Below are positions 31,106 through 38,441 of a stretch of 38,441 nucleotides of DNA, piece by piece (within the stretch, counting starts at the first letter, position 1; each line of letters begins with the position of its first letter). The stretch lies in the IMG/VR virus record IMGVR_UViG_3300045988_109852, positions 1-38,441 of that record, one strand, 5' to 3'. The translations under genes and the position numbers were made by a program. This stretch comes from a virus. The notes under the pieces were generated by a model. It ran no database searches, was not told where the DNA came from, and saw only the letters and a program-made list of their open reading frames with translations.

Positions 31106-32949
31106 GCCGTCGGCGCACCTCCCAGCAGCGGCAGCGTCTGCGCCCCCGGTATCGCTCCGCCGGCGGCCGCCTCGCCGAGAGCTCCCGCTCCGCCGCCTCC
31201 GGCGGATTCCGGCATAGCCGGTACGGCGAACCTCTGCTGCCATTCGTTGATGATCTCCTGCTTGCCCGGCAGATCGATGAGCTCAAGCTGCGCGGCAAAC
31301 AGCTTCCAGTTTTCCGCCGTGATCTGGCTCTGCGTGAGCGCCTGCAGCGCCTGCAGCGTCTGCGCCTTGCCGTGGGCGATGCTGTCGCCCGCCGTGATCG
31401 TCACGTCCACGCGCGGGAAGTACTGCCACTCCTCGCGCACAACGTTTCCGGCCCCGTCCAGCACCTTCGGCATGATCGCCGTGAAGCTGTCGGCGTTGAA
31501 CGGCATTGCCTGCGGCGCGCGGTCCTTCATCTCGTCCGCGCCGATGAACAGCATCCTGTCGTCGTCGAAGAACTCGAGCGCCAGCCAGTCGAGCAGCTCA
31601 TACAGCCGCTCGAACCCGGCGTCGCGGTCCGCGCCCTTGATGTCCGCCTGGCTCTGCGCGTCCTGCCGCATCATGGCAAGGCCGGTCGCCGTCGTGACCT
31701 TTGTCGTTTCCCTGCCCTGATTGATGTCGTAGTTTCGGCTGGCGCGCTCGATCTGGTTCTTGAAGAACTCCACGCCCATCGCGCCGTTCGCTATGCTCTG
31801 CAGTCCGCCGAGCCGCTGCACGCCGCCCATGCGGTTCTGCTTGAGATGGATCACCGCGCCCGGCTCGTTGGTGAACTCCTCGCCGTCGGCAAGCGCGCTG
31901 TCCTCCACGAGGATGATATCGTTTGCAAGGAACGTGTCGTTCAGAATGCTCATGGCGAGCTTCCGGTCGGCGGCGTCCACAAGCTCGAGGATCGGCATGA
32001 GCTCGCTTTTGTTCCAGAAGCGGTTCTCGTCCTGAATGCGCCAGTAATGCACGAACGGGAAGAGACTGTTCTGCTTGCATGTGCGCTTCCAGTAGTTCGG
32101 GATGTACCGCAGCTCGCGCCCTCCCGCGAGGATCGAGCACGCCACCGCTCCGGCAGGCACTCTCTCGCCGTCCTCCTCCGTGTCGCACGGCTGTCGGAAC
32201 CAGTGCTCGAGCACCTGCACCGTGTCGTCCAGATCGTTGATGGCCGTCGTGAGATCGAATACGCCGGTGCGGGAAACGTAGTCCTCCGTGAGAATGTCGT
32301 CCGCCGTCAGTCCCAGCTCCTCCAGCTCGCGGCGGAACACCTGGCAGAATTTCACCTTGTGCATCGTGTACACATAATCCACATACTGCCCGTCCTGCAA
32401 TCCGCCGTCGCGGATGGCCGGGTCGGGGAAGATGGCCTCCGTCGGTATGTCCCGGATGCGGATGTCGCCCTCGTTCACGCCGCAGCGCATATCCCGGTCC
32501 CAGTACGCCTTCCAGAACGCATCGCCGAGCTTCAGAAGCCGGCGCTCGTTGCGCGTATTCATATCGGAGAGCCGGTTGTTCTCGATGATGTAGCGCACGG
32601 CAAACTCCCGCTGCTTCGCCTTGGCGCTGTCGAGATCGTCGTCGCGCCCGCGAAACTCCGGCTCCGGCACGTTCGGGTTGATCTGCGTCTCCACGAGGAT
32701 GTACGGATCCGGCATGTTCGCCGGGATCCACGGAACATCGTTCGCCCGGCAGTACTCGACCATCTCCTTCGTCGCGTCGTGGATGCCGTTGTAGTAGTCG
32801 TTGCATCGCTCCCACTCGATCTCCACGGCGGTGCGGGCGTTTTTGGCGCGCCGGAAGAGCGCGTACGCCGTCCGCTCGCGCGCCGCGCGGTCGGAATAAT
32901 CGTAGCCGGAAATGACCTCCGGCTGCGGCTGTTTCTTTCGTAATTTCAT
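31102..32949 (-). CDS. Portal protein
   Basis: 615 aa with size and composition typical of portal proteins. The assignment rests on recognition and context, with no database check. Confidence 0.7.
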   Translation of the reverse strand: MKLRKKQPQPEVISGYDYSDRAARERTAYALFRRAKNARTAVEIEWERCNDYYNGIHDATKEMVEYCRANDVPWIPANMPDPYILVETQINPNVPEPEFRGRDDDLDSAKAKQREFAVRYIIENNRLSDMNTRNERRLLKLGDAFWKAYWDRDMRCGVNEGDIRIRDIPTEAIFPDPAIRDGGLQDGQYVDYVYTMHKVKFCQVFRRELEELGLTADDILTEDYVSRTGVFDLTTAINDLDDTVQVLEHWFRQPCDTEEDGERVPAGAVACSILAGGRELRYIPNYWKRTCKQNSLFPFVHYWRIQDENRFWNKSELMPILELVDAADRKLAMSILNDTFLANDIILVEDSALADGEEFTNEPGAVIHLKQNRMGGVQRLGGLQSIANGAMGVEFFKNQIERASRNYDINQGRETTKVTTATGLAMMRQDAQSQADIKGADRDAGFERLYELLDWLALEFFDDDRMLFIGADEMKDRAPQAMPFNADSFTAIMPKVLDGAGNVVREEWQYFPRVDVTITAGDSIAHGKAQTLQALQALTQSQITAENWKLFAAQLELIDLPGKQEIINEWQQRFAVPAMPESAGGGGAGALGEAAAGGAIPGAQTLPLLGGAPTA

Positions 32950-32950
32950 C

Positions 32951-33709
32951 TCACACCCCCAGCATCCGGTTCACTTCGCCCTGCACGAGATCGTAAAACC
33001 ACGCGCCGAGCTTCTGCTTTCGCTCCTCGCCGTTGCCCCACTTCCCGTCGAGCACCTCCTGCGCCATTGCCGGAATGTTCACGGTCATTCCTTCCTTTTC
33101 GTCAGGGCCGGGCTCTGCTCCGCCCGCCGCGCCGTCGTCAAAATACGAAAGCGGCACATACAAAATATCCAGATCCAGCGGGCTGCCCCGGTACTGCTGC
33201 ATGACGCACTGCCCGGAAAGGTCGGGATAATTCACGCCGTCGTTCGCGCCCCACGCGGCGATCCATTTATCATACCCCGTCTCGCCGATGTGCGTATCAA
33301 ACCAGCTCAAGCTGGCGTACACGCCGGTTTTGTTCCCGGCCTCTTCCATAGCCGCGCAGAACGCTTTGCACATGGCGGTGATCGTCTCGTCCAAGGGGAA
33401 GCCGTTCTTTGCCTTGTAGGCGTCCGCGTCCTCCATATCAAACCACACGCCGAGACGGGGCTTCCGTCCGGCAAGAAACTCGAGACAAGCCTCCGCCTCC
33501 TGCCGTGCCTGCGCCTCGCTGAGCGCGTAGGAATACCAGTAAAGCCCCCACGGAATGCCGAGCTTCTCGCACTTTGCGATGTTCCGCTCCGCCCACGGGT
33601 CCGCGCTCGTCCAGAACCCGCCGCGGATGATGACGAAGCCGTCTTTATAGGGCGTCAGGTCCATGTCGCCCTGCCACTGGGAAATGTCGATACCGTTCAT
33701 TTCCATATA
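32951..33709 (-). CDS. Endolysin: GH25 muramidase plus Cpl-7 (CW_7)-like cell-wall-binding repeat
   Basis: NGIDISQWQGDMD...GFVIIRGG...GLYWYSYA...WFDMED is GH25-like. The C-terminus VLDGKWGNGEERKQKLGAWFYDLVQGEVNRML is CW_7-like. The start is 33709 or 33703. Confidence 0.8.
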   Translation of the reverse strand, partial: YMEMNGIDISQWQGDMDLTPYKDGFVIIRGGFWTSADPWAERNIAKCEKLGIPWGLYWYSYALSEAQARQEAEACLEFLAGRKPRLGVWFDMEDADAYKAKNGFPLDETITAMCKAFCAAMEEAGNKTGVYASLSWFDTHIGETGYDKWIAAWGANDGVNYPDLSGQCVMQQYRGSPLDLDILYVPLSYFDDGAAGGAEPGPDEKEGMTVNIPAMAQEVLDGKWGNGEERKQKLGAWFYDLVQGEVNRMLGV

Positions 33710-34242
33710 CCTCCTGCTTTGAATTTTGCCGGCGCATTTTTCCAAGTACCGCCCTTGCGGTACAGCGCTGCCTGCTTCCACGTCCCGCCGGTCTTGAAGT
33801 ACAGCACATCGCCGACCGGCTCCGGTACGGCAAGAGTGGCCGGGCTGTTTGCCGTAGTCGGTCTGTGCCCGCTGGTCATTCCGGCAGTCACCGTCGCGCC
33901 GGTATACGTTGACGGAAGCGTGTAGTAATAAGTAGCGGCAAGATAATAGCCGCTGCCGTAATTGTACGCTTCACTCGGGCCGAACTCGTTTTCCGTGCCG
34001 TTGCTGCCCCAGGGGATGTACGCCGCTTTGTTTGCCGCTCCCCATCCCATGATTGCGTTGGAGTACATCTTTATCCGCACACAGATAGAGTTATCGGAAA
34101 GCCGCGTAACAGCGCATTTGGAATAGTAGGCATAGCCGTACTTCCCTTGGTTGTACATGCTGACAATTTCGCCGGATACTTCCTCGCTCCATCCCGCCAC
34201 ATTCGTTGGCTCTGCCGTGCTGAACGTTCCCATTCCGTTCAC
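33697..34242 (-). CDS. Putative distal fibre / receptor-binding protein
   Basis: 181 aa, rich in Tyr, Gly and Trp, with a C-terminal GGTWK/GGIWK triple repeat. It lies directly after the fibre gene. Confidence 0.4.
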   Translation of the reverse strand: MNGMGTFSTAEPTNVAGWSEEVSGEIVSMYNQGKYGYAYYSKCAVTRLSDNSICVRIKMYSNAIMGWGAANKAAYIPWGSNGTENEFGPSEAYNYGSGYYLAATYYYTLPSTYTGATVTAGMTSGHRPTTANSPATLAVPEPVGDVLYFKTGGTWKQAALYRKGGTWKNAPAKFKAGGIWK

Positions 34243-34243
34243 C

Positions 34244-35023
34244 TCACTCCAAATACATGAGATAGATATCCCCGTCGCTGCCGAGCTCGGCGCCAGGCTC
34301 CGTCGTTCCGGCGTAAACGTGCCGCACCTGATCGGCTACAAGACCGAACTTCGTATACGGGATATCGTTCGCGAGCTTCTCGGCAGTCACGGCGTTCGGC
34401 GCGAGCAGCGCCGTCGTGATGGCAAGCGCGGCGATCTTCTCCGCCGTCACCGAGCCCGGCGCGATCTTCTGCGCCGTTACCGCGCCCTGCGCGATGTGCG
34501 TTGCGAGCACCGAGAGCGCCGCGAGCTTCTCCGTCGTCACCGCCGCCGCGCCGAGCTGCGCCGTGCCGACGCTCCCCGCGCCGAGCTTCGTGCCGTCCAG
34601 CACCGGGATCCTCGCCGCGTCCAGAACGCCGGAATTTATATCTCCCGCGCCGTGCGTATGGCTCGCCGCCGCGCCGCCGAGAGCGATGGCCGTCACCTCC
34701 GCGGCGAGCTTTAATAGTGTGATGCTCCCGTCCGTAACGCTTCCCTGCGTCACGTCCTGCATCGCCTGTACGATCTGTTCAAGCGCCGTCTGTACGTTCC
34801 CCGCCGAAAAGCCGGGGATCGTCGTGATGCCGAGCTGCGCCGCGGCAGTCGTGCCGGTCAGCTCGTCGATCAGGGCGTTGAATTTTTCCCGCACCACCGC
34901 CGTCACGAGCGCGTCGAATACCTTCTTGTTCTGCGCCGCCGTGCCGGTCAGCTTGTCGGGCCGGCTCTGCACGCCGTTCGCGGCGATGGCGGCTTCCGTG
35001 ATCTTCTGTTCCTGTATGCTCAT
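34244..35023 (-). CDS. Tail fibre protein with internal repeats
   Basis: It contains a reiterated ~11-aa motif: GSVGTAQLGAAAVTTEKLAALSVLATHIAQGAVTAQKIAPGSVTAEKIAALAITTALLAPNAVTAEKLA. Confidence 0.65.
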   Translation of the reverse strand: MSIQEQKITEAAIAANGVQSRPDKLTGTAAQNKKVFDALVTAVVREKFNALIDELTGTTAAAQLGITTIPGFSAGNVQTALEQIVQAMQDVTQGSVTDGSITLLKLAAEVTAIALGGAAASHTHGAGDINSGVLDAARIPVLDGTKLGAGSVGTAQLGAAAVTTEKLAALSVLATHIAQGAVTAQKIAPGSVTAEKIAALAITTALLAPNAVTAEKLANDIPYTKFGLVADQVRHVYAGTTEPGAELGSDGDIYLMYLE

Positions 35024-35027
35024 GTCT

Positions 35028-36887
35028 TCACCTCTTCGCGTAATTGCCCGTCACATAATGCTTTGTGATCTGGAATATGCCGAAGCCCTCGTTCGGCTCC
35101 TGGTTCCGGACGATGATCTGCAATCTCTTGTAGTTCTTCACCTTGCGGTTGAGAAAGATCTCCTGCGGGCTCTCGTCCGTGTTGAACGTGATGCGCTCAA
35201 AGTCGATGTCGGAAAAGTCCAGAATGTCCATCGGCTTTCCGGCAACCTTCTTTTCGTGCCCGCCGGTGCGGTCGGCGCGGATATACACCTCGGCGCTCGA
35301 GCGCGCATACGGCTTGATGGTCACACAGCAGCCGCGCTTTAAAAGCGTCTTGAGCACGGCGGGCGTACCGTCATCGTCGTACTTCGTCGCCCACACCGCG
35401 GAGATGGCCGCGCCGTCGTCGCTGTATCGGCTCATGTCCTCGATGTCCGTGTTGAGCTTGCAGATCCGCCCGTCCGCCGTGCCGAAGTACAGCGATTCCT
35501 CCGCGCCCGCTCGCCGGTTGAGCCAGCAGGAGGCCGGGATGTTCTCGAAATAGTATCCCTCATACACATAGTCGCCGAGCGCCGCGCTTCGGTAGGTCTT
35601 GTTCTGCCGCCCGTCCAGCGCGTAGACGTGGCCGTTCGGGAGAGCGAGCATATACATGCCGTTCCATATCACCGCTTCGGCCTTTTCCCGCTCCGGTTCG
35701 TCGTTGAGCTTGTTGTTCACATAGAAGCTGCGGCCCTGCGTGATCTTCTCGCTCGTGTAGCTGTTCGTCGTTACGGCCATTACCCCGTTGCGGGATAGGA
35801 ACAGCGGATCGTCCAGCAGAGAAGCGAAGCTCCCCGGCGCGATGGAGCCGACGCCCGCCACGGCCTGCTGCTGCGGCTGCGCGATCTCGCTGTCCTGCAG
35901 CTCTGCGGTGCGCAGATAGATCGTGCTGTCCTGCCCGTTGTCCTCCTTCACGATGCCGAGCGACCTTCCGAGACGGCAGTACCCGAGGATCGCCGTGGCC
36001 TCGCTCCCGACCTCGTTGTACAGAAGATCGGGGAAGTACGTCGGATCGTTCATCCCGCTCGTCCAGTCCACGTTTGGGAGCTCCTCGTTCCCGCTCAGCA
36101 CCGCGCGGTCGTTCGTCCCGATGCCGTAGGTCGTGATGATCGTGCACTTGTCGATGCGGTCGGTGTACCCCGCCACCGTGTGCGGAAACTCCACCACCAG
36201 CCCGTCCTCCGAGCCGGCCGTCGGCTTTGCCGGAGCCGTGGTCATTTTGATGATGCCCTTCTCGCGGTCGAGCGTGAACGCCGTCGTCTCCTCGCCGAAC
36301 ACCCATGCGCGCACCGTGCCTGTCGCGTCTATGTCTCCGTCAAGCTGAAAGTCCGTCGCCGTGCCGTCCGTCTGAAAAGCGTTCTTCCGGTACGGCGTCA
36401 GCATGTTTACGTTCTCATAGCTCTGCCCGCCGCCCGTTGGACTGCGCGTGATAACGGTCGTGGGAACGTAGGCGTTCTGTGAGGCTCTGTGCGCCGCTGT
36501 GCCGTCGTATACGTAGAAACCGGCCCCTGTTACTATCCATAGCTTCCCGGCCAGATACGCGGCGCGTGAGCGCCTCTCCGGCAGCCCTGTGAGTATCTCC
36601 GTCGGCGCCGCCGCGTCGTCCCAGGCATAGAGCGCCGTGCCGATGTGCGCGAGCTTCTTTTCCGTGCCGTCGAACCTTCCGGCAAACAGGCCGTATACCG
36701 GCTTGTCCTTCTGCCAGAGCTTCCGCCAGCCGAGCCGCTTCTGCGGCATCCCGCCGCCGTCCGCCACGATGTTCGTGCAAAGCGGGCTGCGTGAATAATC
36801 CACGAGAGAGGGGTCTGTGGAAAAGTCCGCGCCGCGGAACGTCTTGTAGACGCTCTGCCGGATGCTTACCCCTGTTTTCTTCGCCAT
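35028..36887 (-). CDS. Large tail structural protein (nozzle, tail tubular or spike candidate)
   Basis: 619-aa ORF between the adaptor-like gene and the fibre genes. Function is assigned by position only. Confidence 0.4.
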   Translation of the reverse strand: MAKKTGVSIRQSVYKTFRGADFSTDPSLVDYSRSPLCTNIVADGGGMPQKRLGWRKLWQKDKPVYGLFAGRFDGTEKKLAHIGTALYAWDDAAAPTEILTGLPERRSRAAYLAGKLWIVTGAGFYVYDGTAAHRASQNAYVPTTVITRSPTGGGQSYENVNMLTPYRKNAFQTDGTATDFQLDGDIDATGTVRAWVFGEETTAFTLDREKGIIKMTTAPAKPTAGSEDGLVVEFPHTVAGYTDRIDKCTIITTYGIGTNDRAVLSGNEELPNVDWTSGMNDPTYFPDLLYNEVGSEATAILGYCRLGRSLGIVKEDNGQDSTIYLRTAELQDSEIAQPQQQAVAGVGSIAPGSFASLLDDPLFLSRNGVMAVTTNSYTSEKITQGRSFYVNNKLNDEPEREKAEAVIWNGMYMLALPNGHVYALDGRQNKTYRSAALGDYVYEGYYFENIPASCWLNRRAGAEESLYFGTADGRICKLNTDIEDMSRYSDDGAAISAVWATKYDDDGTPAVLKTLLKRGCCVTIKPYARSSAEVYIRADRTGGHEKKVAGKPMDILDFSDIDFERITFNTDESPQEIFLNRKVKNYKRLQIIVRNQEPNEGFGIFQITKHYVTGNYAKR

Positions 36888-36890
36888 GGC

Positions 36891-37445
36891 TTACCCCCGG
36901 AAAAGGCTCTGCGCGATGCGCCGGTTCTCGCCCGGCTGCGTCGTCCTGAGAAGCGATACCTGATAATTGTACATCTGCAGCATCGCCCCGTAGTCCATCA
37001 CGAGATCGGGGAGGAGCTGCTGCGCCGCCACATAGTACGGCATGCACTCGCAGGCGTCCGGCGCGATCTCAAATTCGTAGCTGTCCGGCGCATCCGTCGG
37101 GATCGTCTGCGGCATGGCGAAATATTCGACCGTCACCTCCGCGCACCCCTCCGGAATGACGAGCTTCCCGCCCATCCACCGGAAGCGCCGCGTCGCATTC
37201 TTCCCGTCCGCCCATATCCGGTACAGCGAGTAGAAATTCTCCGGCATGGCATAGACGGTTTTTCCCAACGTTGGGACAATGACCTCCTCCCGGAGGATCT
37301 TCCTGATCTGCGCGAGAGTCTTCTGCGCCATGTCGAAAAACGCCGTCATCTTCTTCTCGATGTCCTCGTCGTGCTCGATCTCTCCGCCCGCGCTGTGCTC
37401 GTCGAGGAGCATGTATACCTTGTTTTTCGCTTCTCCGAGCGTCAT
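36891..37445 (-). CDS. Putative head-tail adaptor/connector protein
   Basis: 184-aa ORF. Function is assigned by position only. Confidence 0.35.
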   Translation of the reverse strand: MTLGEAKNKVYMLLDEHSAGGEIEHDEDIEKKMTAFFDMAQKTLAQIRKILREEVIVPTLGKTVYAMPENFYSLYRIWADGKNATRRFRWMGGKLVIPEGCAEVTVEYFAMPQTIPTDAPDSYEFEIAPDACECMPYYVAAQQLLPDLVMDYGAMLQMYNYQVSLLRTTQPGENRRIAQSLFRG

Positions 37446-37469
37446 ATCGTTTCCTCCTTACCGCTCAAA

Positions 37470-37522
37470 GGCTCCCTTGTGCAAAGGGAGCTGTCAGCCG
37501 CAAGGCTGACTGAGGGATTGTC
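37470..37522 (+). repeat. Structured repeat, family A (copy A5)
   Basis: Hairpin 2 is GTCAGCC-GCAA-GGCTGAC. The rest is identical to A1. Confidence 0.9.
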
Positions 37523-37537
37523 GTCTTTTTTTACCGA

Positions 37538-37565
37538 AAACAGGGCGAGTCACCCCGCCCTGTTT
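37538..37565 (-). terminator. Hairpin after the holin gene
   Basis: AAACAGGGCG-8 nt-CGCCCTGTTT. The U tract lies partly within the stem. Confidence 0.4.
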
Positions 37566-37576
37566 CCCTCACATAA

Positions 37577-38035
37577 TCAGTTATCCGGCGGAGCTTCCTC
37601 AACCTCCGCCTTTTTCTCGGTGGTCTGCTTCAGGCGGTCCAGCAGCTTCATGAGGAAGTCCGGCATAGGTACGCCGATCTTCCCGCTGTTCTCCAGAATG
37701 GAGATGAGTTCGTTAATGATAAGCCACACGATCACCAGCAGACCTACAACAAAATTCACATCGAGCTGTACGCCGAGCTTGCCGCCGAGCATCGTGATGA
37801 GGTAGTCAACCCCCATACCCACGGCGACGATCATTAAGTAGAAAACCTTCTTGATCACGCCCTGAATGCCCTTGCGGCTCGAAAGCTCCTTGTTCATCCA
37901 CGCCGCCGTCATGCCGGTGACGTAATCGCAGATCATCACCGCGATGAGCACCGCCACCGGAACAACGAGCTGCTTGAAGTACGCCATCAGCGCCGCGGCC
38001 GCCGCGGTCACAATGGCCTTCCAGAAGTTGTCCAT
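37577..38035 (-). CDS. Holin (phage_holin_4_1 / TcdE-like family)
   Basis: 152 aa with 3-4 TM segments. It has the motifs ICDYVTGMTAAW...KGIQGVIKK...WLIINELISILENSGKIGVPMP typical of this holin family. Confidence 0.75.
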   Translation of the reverse strand: MDNFWKAIVTAAAAALMAYFKQLVVPVAVLIAVMICDYVTGMTAAWMNKELSSRKGIQGVIKKVFYLMIVAVGMGVDYLITMLGGKLGVQLDVNFVVGLLVIVWLIINELISILENSGKIGVPMPDFLMKLLDRLKQTTEKKAEVEEAPPDN

Positions 38036-38048
38036 ACCGTTTCTCCTT

Positions 38049-38312
38049 TCAGTCCAGCAGCAAAAAGCGCACGTCCGTGGATGCCGCCGAGGCTACGACC
38101 GCCAGCTCTCCGGCGGCGAACGGCACCTGCAGCACCGTGTTGGCCGGAATTGGGAAGCCCGCCGCGGCTGTCAGCGCCTTGTTCGGGTCATACGGCGCGA
38201 TGTACACGACGTTCGCGCTGTTGTTGGATACAACGACGGTCTGACAGTGGCAGTCCACCTTCGTCTCCTTCGTGCCCGCCGAAACGGCGAGCACGCGGTC
38301 AATCTTCATCAT
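38049..38312 (-). CDS. Hypothetical small structural-module protein
   Basis: 87-aa ORF. It is the first gene after the capsid gene once the window is circularised. Confidence 0.5.
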   Translation of the reverse strand: MMKIDRVLAVSAGTKETKVDCHCQTVVVSNNSANVVYIAPYDPNKALTAAAGFPIPANTVLQVPFAAGELAVVASAASTDVRFLLLD

Positions 38313-38351
38313 ATTCGTTTCCTTTCTCCCTCATATGCTCCCGCTCCCCCC

Positions 38352-38402
38352 CTTGCCTCCCCTAACAGGGGAGGTGTCAGCCGGAGGCTGACGGAGGGGT
38401 TC
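38352..38402 (+). repeat. Structured repeat, family B (copy B4)
   Basis: Same as B3 except hairpin 2 is GTCAGCC-GGA-GGCTGAC. Confidence 0.9.
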
Positions 38403-38441
38403 GGCTCCCTTGTGCAAAGGGAGCTGTCGGCGCAGCCGACT
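38403..38441 (+). repeat. Structured repeat, family A (copy A6, truncated by the window end; equals A1 on circularisation)
   Basis: 39 nt identical to nt 1-39. Confidence 0.9.

Larger units (their letters stand above)
1..38441. mobile_element. Complete or near-complete temperate phage genome, circularly permuted in this window
   Basis: Terminase, portal, capsid, scaffold, holin, endolysin, fibres, integrase and repressor are all present. nt 38403-38441 are identical to nt 1-39. The minus-strand late operon is contiguous across the window ends. A tRNA 3' fragment next to int has phage genes on both sides, so this is attP and not attL/attR. Confidence 0.8.

Noticed and set aside
1-38441. Could the dispersed repeats be a CRISPR array or its remnants?
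   Set aside because: Copies are kilobases apart with irregular spacing, fall into two sequence families and are internally double-hairpinned. There is no array of short uniform spacers and there are no cas genes.
38403-38441. The terminal 39-nt identity as proof of circularity on its own
   Set aside because: The same 39 nt also occur at 12171-12209, so the overlap alone could reflect an assembly break in a repeat. Circularity is argued mainly from operon continuity and attP, and it needs read-level confirmation.

Overview
The window reads as a complete, circularly permuted genome of a high-GC temperate phage; I infer a Clostridia/Oscillospiraceae-type host from codon style only. The last 39 nt repeat the first 39 nt. 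The minus-strand structural operon runs off the left end and continues from the right end. An integrase sits beside an attP-like site that holds only the 3' part of a tRNA gene. On the minus strand, 14266 down to 5174 carries early, anti-defence and replication genes. These include a Lar-like protein, a C5 DNA methyltransferase, a tandem DUF2829/Tad2-like protein and an HUH Rep-like protein. From 5177 down to 60 come a late regulator, terS, terL, scaffold and capsid genes. After wrapping, 38312 down to 19397 carries holin, adaptor-like, tail and fibre genes, a GH25 endolysin, portal, a giant ~2860-aa HExxH-containing protein and a few small genes. The plus-strand lysogeny module spans 14335-19205: small HTH genes, a secreted Cys-motif protein, a CI-like repressor, a RelB/YafQ toxin-antitoxin pair, a membrane-anchored HTH protein and the integrase. 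The most unusual signals are: (1) eleven copies of a two-hairpin repeat in two covarying families, all on one strand, whose purine tail mirrors and covaries with the first hairpin, giving triplex or switch potential; (2) an HUH Rep-like gene bracketed by these repeats; (3) a C5 methyltransferase with circularly permuted motif order; (4) a 177-codon protein-like ORF nested in another frame of that methyltransferase gene; (5) the giant multi-module virion protein; (6) a 23-bp inverted repeat plus duplicated promoter/operator block around a small HTH gene. All family names come from motif recognition by eye. No database search was possible.
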